64,000 bases of DNA from Paraspadella gotoi (taxonomy: Eukaryota > Animalia > Chaetognatha), in assembly GCA_051294375.1 (NCBI GenBank), contig CM119264.1:27353340-27417339 (forward strand), given 5' to 3'. The translations under genes were made by a program, and so were the position numbers. Below are positions 31,901 through 43,039 of this stretch, piece by piece. The notes below the pieces were generated by a model, which did no database searches, was not told where the DNA came from, and saw nothing but the letters and a program-made list of their open reading frames with translations. Each line of letters begins with the position of its first letter. The stretch's first letter is position 1.

Positions 31901-32854
31901 CTCGCGTCTCTCTTCGGCGTCGCGCCATACGACCTCATGACGCCAAGGGGCGTCGCGCCGGTGTCCGGCGCCGGAAAGGTTATCACGGCGCCGATTAAAA
32001 GCGTCGGCGCCGGTAACAGTTGACGCCGTAGATTTTGTCAAATCGTTTTTACGTCGATCGATTTGTTTCGAGTAAAAATCGGCGCCAACCGATTCTATTT
32101 GTGGCGTAAATTCGTGACGGAGATTCTCGTTGGCGTAAGACGTCGGCGTGGAGATGAGGAGAATGAAGAAGAGGAAATGGAGAGGGAAGGAAAGAGAAGT
32201 TGAGGAGAGAGAAAAAGGGGAGGAACGTTTGTGTGGGGAAGAGAGAGGAGAGAAAGGTAATGAGAAGGAAATAGAAAGGCATTGGAATAGAGAGATGCAT
32301 CTTGAAAAAGAGAAGTGAATTTGCAAAGAGTTGATCTTGAAATGAGAGCAAATATAGAACAGAGATTGGAGATATTTGATTCTAAAGATAGAAAGGAGAG
32401 AGTGGACCCTCGTAAAAGAGAGGAAAAAATAGGTTTGGAAGAAAGTTAGAAGTAAATTGATTTTAAAAAGAAATACGAGAGAGTTAAGCTTCGGAAAAGA
32501 GAGAAAACAAAATGGTTGTAAAATATATGGGAAAGATTTGAGCCTCGTTCTGGAAAAAAGAGAGTAAAGTCTTAACAGGAAGAGGTGACTTTCAAGAGTT
32601 GAGATTAAAGACTCGGAAAATCTTCGCCTTTTCGTTTGTCTTTTGTTTTCTCCGTTTTGACGCTCGAGTCGCTTTTTCGCATCGTGAGTTTTCGTTTCAA
32701 AACGAGTTTTTGTTTGTTTGTTCATGTCTCGATTTCGGACATTGTCGAGGGTAGATAAAGTTTTTATTGTCCCATTCGCGAAGTGGCGCTTTGTGTGATT
32801 AGTTTGCAGCTGCCCAGTTTGCGCTTCCGAGTGCCACATTGGAAATATTTTCAT
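28986..32854 (-). CDS. Ig-superfamily cell-surface protein with three Ig-like domains; the TM segment is out of frame in this assembly
   Basis: Exons (start uncertain, at or below 32854)-31766, 31631-31449, 31122-30959, 30319-30179, 30052-29905, 29844-29683 and 29390-(29030 or 28986). Ig hallmarks: VTVGQTVVIVC..VAW, YLLKVFDAELRDAAIYTC, REGEKLLLTC..LYW, NETNFTC, LNVLFKP, ISCDILANP..YTW. Signal-like FLFFILLISTPTSYA. TM-like PLLALILLLFLVASTALVLFLLRK lies in the +1 frame. Confidence 0.82.
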
Positions 32855-34529
32855 TAACTAAGCTAAGACGAGATTAAATTTACAGCGCAGTAGATAGTTA
32901 TCAGTTAAGCGTTTACTCTTTAATCTTCATATTAATTATACATTCTATTATTATCATTCTTTTTTTCCCCGTCGGAACAAAAGCCGCTTCGTTCGCTCTG
33001 AAGTTGACGGCGTACAGTTATGATCGTTTATTACGATACAAAAAAATACGAATACGACGAGGGATGAAAGGAGCGGGTTTTTTCGATCTTAGCGATTAGA
33101 TGCCGATAAGCGAATTCGAAGCGATATTTTACCCGATCGTTCGAGAGAGGAAGAGGGTCACCCTTGTTGAAATCTCGGATTTAATAACTCGGACGTGGAT
33201 CATTGGAAGTCTTGGTTCTGGTGTAGGCCTAATTTTGTAAAAAGTATGAGAAAGAAAGTACCAAAAAAAATCTAATTTTGAGTTTGTCACAAATGATTTA
33301 TCACCGAAACAATTCTTTATAACAAGAGAACATGAATTAGTTATAGTCATATAGTATTAATGTTATATATTTAAATAAACTATATGATCATATTATAATC
33401 GGAAAAAGAAACAAAACGTTGACCTGGAAATGAATTAGATCGCGAGTCCAGATAGGCTTTTGTTTCGGAAACAAAAAAATGATATCGCTAGTCTATTGTT
33501 TTCAAGACAAAAAAAAAAAAAAAACAGACAGATTTTATTTTTATGCAGGAAATAAACACCAAGGGAAAAAATTTTATTCTTGATGATTAAAAAATAAAAA
33601 TCCATGGTTAACCGAGGAAGCAAAAATAGTCTCGACAAAAATAATTAGTTAAAAAATCGCGGGATTTAAAAAATAAATAGGAGGAAGGTTATCGCTACCG
33701 GCGTTGTTTATTTAATCTAATTTCAAATCAAATACAACATCATTATTTATTTGGATTCGGGCGAAACTTGGGAGCTCTTTTTTTTTTAATTTTCGACGGA
33801 TGTAGTTTATTTTAAAAAAAATCAAAATTGTGACCGTTTAGTTTAGAATTTAAAAAGTTAAACGAAGAAGACGACGATGACGCTTGTTAGAAAAAATAGT
33901 CAAAAAACACCGACCGAAATCATTAACAACAAAAGAACAAAAAAAAAAGTCGATTCGCGTTTGTGTCAACAAATGACGTCGAAGGCGACCAGAAACCAAC
34001 GACCGATTTTGTTTCCAGTCAAAAATGCGATGATGAAAACATCCAAACATTAATAATTTTTCGCCGATGGATAATTTGCGCCAGAGGATTTTAAACGTGA
34101 AACTTTTTTTCAAGTTTTTTTTTCTATTTTAGTTTCAAAAAACTTTTGAATTTTGGCGCTTCGCAAATTCGAATCTAGGGATTTTGTTTTTCCGCGCTTT
34201 TCTCTCCTTTCGATTTTGTGATCGTCTCTTCATTTGTTTTCAAAATTTGATTTTTTTTCCCTTCTTTTACCCTTTTCACACTTATCATGTTTTTCGCACT
34301 CTTAGCGGCTTTTATCTTCTCTTTACAAGTCTGATTTTAACCAACACTCTCTCTCTCTTTCCTCTTGCCCCCCTCCCATCCTTTCACCACCATTTCCTCC
34401 CCCCACTCACGGCGTGATAGTGATTAAACCTGTCACGAATCTCATGATCGATCTCATTTTTCAATCCCTTTCAATTTAATCGATCGTTGGGTCAAAGGCC
34501 CCCCCCGGCACTCCCCTCTGCCACATCCA

Positions 34530-34621
<92 letters not shown>

Positions 34622-34778
34622 TTTATGACCATCTCCCTCTCTAAATCTTTCCTAATCCACTGATTGGCCACTGCCCACCATAAGCGTTACGATGTCAGGT
34701 CTTTCCTCTTTTCTTTTATACTTTTTACCAAAATTTCTCGTCTCAAGCTTTTTCCTGTCATTAGTTTGAAAACGCGCC

Positions 34779-34865
<87 letters not shown>

Positions 34866-36480
34866 CCACTATCCCCCCGCTTTTTACTCTGTCCCATCAA
34901 CCTCCCGAGGGTCATTGGGGCCGAAAGTTATGACGAGAAGTGAAGGTCGACAAACTTAGACTCTCTCTCTCTCTCTCTCTTCACTATCTTTCCTTTTTCC
35001 TTTCCAGGACAATTCCAGACACTAACCTCATATCGTCTCCGCTCATGACAAGTTCTGTGTCCTCGTTTTCCTTTTTTAACTTAATTGATAATAATAAACA
35101 AAAGTGTTATTATTTTTTTTCACTTTATGAATTTTGAGAAAAAACACAATTCGCTGACTACGAAAAAAAAATCCATTCAAGATGTTTTTAAAACGTCAAA
35201 AAGTTAAATAAATCCGTAAATGATTTGGTCATTTATATAAAATCAACTTGTTACGTATTTGACACTAATTTTCCGACTAAAAGTTTAAAAAAATTTCAAT
35301 TGAGTCGATGAATACGCGTTTTTTTTTCGACTTTGATTCACCAGCTTCGATCGCGAAATTTGACTTTTCGATCAACCATTTCATTTGAAAATTTAAATCC
35401 AGTGGCCGACTTTTTTTAGTGGACGTCGGGGATTAATTTCAATTTTAATTACAACAATTTTTTCAAAGTAAATCATATTTTAGTATTTTAAAAAAACTTC
35501 TCTTTAAATTTTATTCTTCTTTTAATGAAAACAGGAATGCGAATTCAATTTTTACAGATATTAAAGTGAAAAGAGAATCGTTAATGCGATTCGAAACGAA
35601 ATGAAAACCCATGGGATTGGCGGTGGGCCAAACAAATTCGAGGCTTCGAATCCCCGTGACTTGATTGGCTCATAAATCCTTAGATTCCAAAACCTCGTCC
35701 AATCAAAGGTCGAATTCAAGAAGAACGACGTCGTGAAGATGAAACGCCTCCGATTTTTAATTGGACGAAAAATTCCGGGAGAAAAAAATTGGGTATGGAT
35801 TTCGTTGAAGATCGTGATTGGACCTTGGGGTGGTTGATCTATAGTTCTCTGGACCAATAGGAATCGATAATAATTGGAATTGAAGAATATCGACCAATCC
35901 GAACTCGCACCCCGGACACCATGATTTTCAGTTTACGTTCATTGAAAGATGCTAGAAATCAGGATGAGGCCGACGTGCCACTTGACTTTGGGGGAGAGGC
36001 CAAGGATTGGAGAGGATAAGCAAAAAAGGGCGGGTGGCGGGGAGAAGAGGAATCGCACACATTTTTTTTCGCGCGCTTTTTTCGAGTATAATCATCGATA
36101 TATTCCCGAAAAGCGCTTATTCATTACGAGTTAAGAATATTCGAATTAACTTTTCCTTTACGCTTTGGCGTCTGATAAAAACTTAAATTTAAAAAGGTTT
36201 AAGAGAATGGTTTTCATTGAAGGATTTTGTTGTTGAAAAAATTGGCAGAGATTTCCCAGAATTTTGACCCTTGGCCAAGATCGAATAAACATCCTAGAAA
36301 TGCCATCGTTGCCGACATCACAACATCACAACATCACAACATCACAACATCACATCATTATCAAACGTCGAGGGAGAGAGAGGAATTTCCTCAAAACAAG
36401 AAGCGGGAAGAGGGTTCTCTTTAGTCTTTATGAGTTTTTGAGATCATCGCTAAAAGACGGAGAGGGAACAAACACTTTCA

Positions 36481-36520
<40 letters not shown>

Positions 36521-36740
36521 TTTTAGGCCTTTAAAATTTGTTGACTAAGGAATGAATACATTAATTGAAATTCATGAACCTGTTCTACATAGTACCATTG
36601 ACTAGCGAATAAATTCACTCGTTCAGCTTCTTTTAAAACTCTGAATTTAAAATAATGATTATTATTCATAAACTTCGATCGATGAGGTAATTTCGTCAGA
36701 ACACGGTAAATTTAGTATGTTTCATGTTCATTGTTCATGT

Positions 36741-36800
<60 letters not shown>

Positions 36801-36979
36801 TTATTCGACATAAACTCTCTCTGTTTTCTCTCGAATCCGAAATGAAGTGAAATTTGGCGGAAAATCTGAAGAGAAAGGAAAAATGTTTTGACGTCGCTTT
36901 TCCTTTCCCGCAAGAGGGAGGCACACAATCAACGTTTCTTAAGATTTCATTTCGATAGCACCTATGCGTGTAATTTAAA

Positions 36980-37250
36980 CGCATCACAGGATATGCACTG
37001 TTATTACTCCATTTCATGTACTTTTGTGGCTCATTGCTTGTACTTTTGAGCAATCAAAGTGTGTAATTGTATGGAGTCACTGCGCGCACTTTTATGGCAT
37101 CACTTTTATTAATTTTACGGATTCACTGCGTGTATTTTTCTGGAATAATTGCATGCACTTTTATTGCATCGTTGCGTGTATTTTATTGAGACCGTGCGTG
37201 AATTTTTATGGAATAACTAAGCACTTTTCCAGGGTACCACTCTACGCCTC
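36980..37250. repeat. Degenerate ~22-23-bp minisatellite
   Basis: Recurrent units resembling TCACTGCGTGTATTTTTATGGAA. Confidence 0.6.
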
Positions 37251-37749
37251 TCTTTAGCACGAAACCTATCGCTTAATTAAAAATTTTTAATGTGAGGGAA
37301 AAAGTAGATTAGTTTTGCTTTGTAGTTTTTCTGGTTTCTTCATTTTCGTTATATTTTTTAGTTTCACTTCTTCAGTCTTTCGAAGCTTTTGAGAACGCAG
37401 GTCGGTGGTTCGATGTAACTAAAAAGATAACAAAACAAAAAAAATTATGACAAATTTGCAGCAAAGTGATTTTCAAATAAGTTGCTTGGTCGTGAGTCAA
37501 GGCTAAGTTAAAGATATCAGAGATGAAACACGTAATAAGGCCGCTGACAGGCTTTTTTCTTGTCTGTAAATCAACAATTGAGAAACCATAATAATAATAT
37601 TCGTTCTTTGTTTCCTTACCTGCATGAATAAAAGAAATGCGTTCACATTGTAAGAAGCTTAAAGTTAAAATTAATTAAACTAAAAGATGTATTTTTTTTC
37701 TTCTGGACCCGGGAGCGAGCGGAGTTCGTTCGTCAAGTATCCCGTCAAA

Positions 37750-40700
37750 ATGAAGTGGGCGTTGGCGATTGTCGCAACGTCATTGGCTACGATTTTGGCC
37801 AATGAAAAACCCGGAAAAAAATGCCACGCATGTGAATTACCTTTGCCTTAAAGAGTTTTCACAGTTATGACACGTTAATACAGCTGATTCCGTGTCGGTT
37901 TAAGCGTCATTGGTTACTGGTTATTGGTTACTGGTTACTGATCCAAAACCATATTTTTTGGAAGTTGAAATGATTTTTAAACTGTACTAATTAGCTGAAA
38001 TAAACATTTAGAAAAAGTATATTTTTACATTTACGAGAACAAAAAGTTTGGGTAATGTTAAATTTGCTTATACACTTTTGTTACTTAATTTACATAATGT
38101 TTACGGCAAAGGTAATTTATAATCAGCTTCCCAATGCGACAAGTTCAAGAGTTGCTGCCGTAAAGAAGGTAAGAGCACTAACTTATAGTTAATTAGTTAA
38201 TAGTAATCAGACTCAGTAGTTAAGAATACATCATGGAGCAACGAATATATGTAATCGGGCATTGTAATAAGTTCACCCCGCCTATCACCCCATCACCCCA
38301 ATCACCCCGCGTGTCCCCTTGTCGTGACCCAGTTGCTCATTGAGTAATATTGGGATTAATACCCATTGGTACCTCCCCAGGAGGATGGTCGCAAACAACT
38401 TCAGGGTCGTGGAAAACCCTCGAGCGTGGTTCTAAACCCAGGAACCGTTCCATGGTTGTTAGAGCGGTTAAGGAAGTTTTGGATAGCAGTCTTCAGTCCA
38501 CTTAGTGCCTTATCCACATATATTCTAATACTTAGATAATAGAAAATTGTTTATTATTTTAGCCGAAAAAGAGGGCGAAACTCCTCAAGGTTTTTGCATA
38601 CATGATTGTGAACAATGCAAAAGTAACCTCACTGCGAAAGGCATAAAAAAAATCAGGTAACTAAAATATCAATGATGACAACCAAAAGCACAACACAACA
38701 TGAACACAGAAAATATTTATTAAATTTGAAAAAGAACTGTGAATAAATAGATATCTTAAGCTATCCATCAATCTGTTTTTCAAACAAAAAATTTTTCGTC
38801 TTCTGGTAGAATTATTAAGAAATGTTTGCTGTTAAGAGAACCGCAATTGATTAAAATACAGGGAGGTCCAGCCTTCTTGGGACAAGCTTAAAAAAATCGT
38901 TTGGACGGGTAAATAAAAAAATATTCGAATTGTCTTATCGGCCCTGTCCGGTCAATCTAAGGTCATTGCCAAAGCTAGGGCAAAGTGACCGTGGGGATTG
39001 ACCGGCGCGAAGGAAAAGGAGAGATGGAGACCGATCGTAAGTCGCTTCAGAATAAAAATTGGTACACTTGTAAAAAATTGTAATGACAACCCAATCAATT
39101 CAAAAGATTTACCTTCGGCAACCATGACCTTCTCCAAGTGTTCAGAGAAGACAGCATATGCTCTTGTGACCGCGCCCGTTTGGAATGCTATCATGTCTGT
39201 CACTATTGTTGTTGTCAGAAACTTTACAGTTCTAGAGAGGATTCATGGGACATTCTGCTTCTCTATCCTACATTTTTATTAATCAGGGGATTGCAGTCTG
39301 AAAAACTGAGTGGCCAAAAGTCAGGAGTCTCTATCTTTCATTTAGCTTTTCAGTAAAATTTTTTAAAATTTTGTAAAGAAAAGAATTTTGAAAGAATTTT
39401 GACATGTGTTGCAAAAAGCTTTAATTACAGTAGTTGCTGTTGGATTTTCCTGACGTTTTGAATATCAATTGAAAGAAAATTTAGCTTAGTTGTTGAAGAG
39501 ACATCACATGCACAGGAGATAATAGTTTAGTTTAGTATAAGGCAATTCGAAATATTGGCAAAATAAAATAAAAAAATGCACTTGTAAATCCCACTACGAA
39601 TTGCCTTATACTAAACTAAATTTAGCTTAATTTCTAAAAATAGTCACTTTTTCCCTCCATCAGAAACCGTTTTTGTGCTGTAAGCTCGTCCAATTAGAGC
39701 TGGACCTCCCTGTATATATATTTTGTATTAGTGCAGTCATCGGGAAATGCGTTTACGAAAGAAAATCTCTGCGGCCTGACACATTAAATTGGCCAGTTCT
39801 TGTTATTTCATTCTTGACAGTTGCGAGGAGTGGAGCCTTACTTGCAGAGAAAGCCGGGAATGTAGCAGTTTTCGAGATGCCGGCGCGAGAAAAAACGGGA
39901 AAGTAGTCGGTCCTAATTGCTGCTTTGTCGAGACTAAAAAGGGTAAGGGCAATATTAAATTGTTTCAAGCTTTTGTAAAAGTGTTAAAATATATTAATGT
40001 AGTTTATGAATTCATTTATATTATAAACTTATTTCCAAAATTGTAGTTTTATATTAATGAAATATTTTTTTAAAAACAAATTTAGTATTTAGAATAAACT
40101 TTACCTTAACTTTAACTTTAATTTCTTTTAGAAAGAGTTGTCTTTAACTTAGAGTGGGCTACTCATATTATTGTTAATATTTTATCTTTGACATTGTATT
40201 TGTTATCAGATTTAAAATCTTTTTAAGAAACAAAAAAATACTTAAGATTTATAAATCATTGTCGAAGACGATGACGTGATCTTGTACTTCTTAAAATTGT
40301 TCACAGGATATTCCAACGATTTTTGCGTCGATGACTGTGAGAAAGACTGCAACAGTTTGGTAAGTTTGCTCTTTTTGATCGACGTTAATTTACAGGGCAG
40401 TTTTTTTACGTTTTACGTTTTTAAGTTCATTTAATACTACTTTGTTCAATATTTTTTGTTATAATTTTACTACTTCAATTATGTTTATTATTAGGAATTA
40501 TTTATTTACTTATATGTCATCTTATTTAGTTTCTTTGATATGGAGGAAAAAGCCTCCATTAAATGGCAAAATTTAACTGAATAACTTTTTTGAGTTTTTC
40601 TTAGTACTAACTATATATACAGATTTATTTTTTTTGTTTATAACATTTCGTGGCAAAATCTATTGGAAAGTATGTAGAACTTACTTCTGATTTCAATATG

Positions 40701-42858
40701 AGGAAGTTATGGATATAGTAGTGTTATAGTGTTATAGAGTATGCTGCGAGAAAAATGAGGCCTAGTTCGTATATGATTCCTCAATCCTCATATGATGGTA
40801 TTTTTAGGCAAAAGAGCCTGGAGAAATTATCCGTGCATCGTGCAACACACCCATAGAAACTGTGAATCACTGCACAAAAAACAAAGTAAATAAAACTCTT
40901 CCTTCTGGTAAAGTGAAAGTCAACATGGAATGAATGTAATACTTTATATCTGCCGTTTCACTTCAGCAAAGTTCCCACTGAAGGGTTTTTTTTATAATGA
41001 AGTTGAATCACCTTTCAAAATTCTAATATTTTTTAGGTTATAACTAATAACTCCAATTATACGAGAAAGATCAAATATTTGTTTTTTTAACAATGATTTA
41101 GAATTTTCATGTTTTATTTATTTTATTTGCAAGTATTGCAAGAAAAGAAAGGATTCGGCAACAAAGAAACATTTCCAAGGATGTTGCCTCAGTTTTAAAG
41201 TCGAACAACAACCGGGAGAGTCAAGAAGTAAGACGATCTACGTTAAAAACCCGTTTAAATATCGTTGATTTGAGTTAAATATTAAATTTTGAACTGTACG
41301 ATTGTAATCGTTAACCAGTCACGGGCGACTGCGTTCCTGATTGCGACGCATGCCAAAAAAAATCCGAAGAAGAGGGCGGTCTCCAGTATCGATGCGGGTA
41401 TCAACATTTTAATTCGAAAAGTTTTATGTTGATTTACTTTGATTTTTTATGTCTCTCTTTTCTTTCCCAATCTTTCCTTTTCTCTTTTTTTTTTATTTAT
41501 TCTCTTTTCTTTTCCTTTTTGCTTCCCTTTGTGTGATCTTTTTAGTTGCGCCGCGAGTACTCGAGGAGCAACTCTTGGCAAGGCACTTTTCTATCGCTCT
41601 GTAGGTCGGTCGGTATGTCAGTCCGTCCGTCCATCGGTCTGTCTCACTTGCGGTAATGCTCATTACTCGCTTATAGTTGCTCATTTGTTAAGAAGGGAAA
41701 AGTCCTCAAATCTAAGTGACTGCTAGCGCCGCCTTAAGGAAATCCTAAAACTGTAAGGAATAAAAGACAGAATTTGGATGCAGTGCATGTCATAAATACA
41801 CGGGCTAAGAAAGTTATTGTAGTTATGTAGACATGTAGTCATTTTATGTTATGTTATGTCACGTAAAAATAAAGTCACTGCGGCGCAACACTTTGGATGA
41901 ACCGATCTTGTTTTTCTATCTTCCTATTTCCATTCGTATTTTTATCATGAACCCTTTTTTTCTCTTTTATTTTCTTCCTTTTCCCGTTTTCCCTTTTCAT
42001 TTTGGTTTTGCGCGAGTACTCGCGGAGCAACTCTATATGTCACTTTTTGGTCATGTCGGTCGGTATGGTCTGCCTCAGTCTGGTCCCACTGTTAAAAATG
42101 CATATAATTTGCCTATAGTTAGTTGCTCATTTGTTGAGACAGAAAAAATTCCAAATCCAAAGGACTGCTAGCGCCGCCTTAAGGAATTCCTAAACCTATA
42201 AAGAATAAAAGGCGGAATTTTGCTGCAAAGTTAGTCATGTAATGTCATATCATATCATATTATGTGATCAAAGAAAAATATACGTGAAAATAAAGTCACT
42301 GCGGCGCAACACATTGGAATTACCGTTCTTGTTTTTTTTCCTTTTCTCTTTTTACTTTATCGCTTCTTCCCCTTTCCTCCCTCTTTCTTTCCCCCCTCTT
42401 TCTTTTCTCCCTCTTTCTTTCCTCCCTCTTTTTTTCCTTCTCTTTCTTTCCTCCCTCTTTCTTTTCTCCCTCTTTCTTTCTTCCCTCTTTCTTTCCTCCC
42501 TCTTTCTTTCCTCCCTCTTTCTTTCCTTCTTTCCTTTTCTCTATTTTTATTTTTCGCCCCATTTTTCTTTCTGTTTTCTTAATTCCTCGTTCTATCCCTT
42601 CTCGTTTTTTTTTCTGTCATTTTCTCCTTCATCTGTTTCTTTTCTTTCCTTTCTTTTCATCGCAGAGGACTAGCTGCGTATCAAAATGAATTGAACCCGA
42701 CCGAAGAGGCGCTGGAAAACGAGAAGAATGCGCTGAAGAAGCAGGAGAACGAGACTGGAAAGGCTCGTCGAGATGCGTCCGGCGGTAGCTTCGTCTTCGT
42801 CGTCGTCCTCGCCGCCATCGTCCTTTCGGTCTTTTCGGTCGCTGACATTTATATCTAG
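37750..42858 (+). CDS. Uncharacterised 278-aa secreted, probably GPI- or TM-anchored protein with three 8-cysteine repeats
   Basis: Nine phase-consistent GT-AG exons: 37750-37831, 38127-38168, 38563-38656, 39821-39942, 40307-40359, 40808-40885, 41134-41227, 41319-41397 and 42666-42858 (837 nt). Signal peptide MKWALAIVATSLATILA; 24 Cys in three repeats with the same pattern; C-terminal hydrophobic tail SGGSFVFVVVLAAIVLSVFSVADIYI. Confidence 0.85.
39526..39620. mobile_element. Hairpin MITE-like element with perfect 24-bp inverted arms
   Basis: TTTAGTTTAGTATAAGGCAATTCG (39526-39549) and its exact reverse complement (39597-39620). Confidence 0.7.
41541..42340 (+). mobile_element. Two tandem diverged copies of a DINE-1/HINE-like element (41541-41916 and ~42001-42340)
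   Basis: 5' hairpin GTTGCGCCGCGAGTACTCGAGGAGCAAC and GTCG/GTCC microsatellite. Both copies share the core GACTGCTAGCGCCGCCTTAAGGAA and the 3' inverted copy GCGGCGCAAC followed by ...CTTGTTTTT. Confidence 0.75.
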
Positions 42859-43039
42859 AGAAGCAATTTTTTGAGGGGTTGTGGAATTGATACCTATTTG
42901 TTTTTACAATTGATATCTTTTCTAAAAGTTACGTTTAACGATTGGAAAATGTATGTATTAAAAGTTGTATTAAAAAGTCGTTAAAAATCTCTCGAGAATC
43001 AACTGCATAAAAATATTAAATAAGGAAGTAAGTTTTTTT

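Noticed and set aside
38862-39760. Extra candidate micro-exons in intron 3 of the Cys-repeat gene (38862-38908, 39664-39679)
   Set aside because: They are not needed. Direct splicing of 38656 to 39821 preserves the frame and the repeat's Cys spacing.
42242-42673. Phe/Leu/Ser-rich ORFs as membrane proteins (also 43845-44340 and the 5' part of 45772-46306)
   Set aside because: These are polypyrimidine or pentamer repeats within introns.
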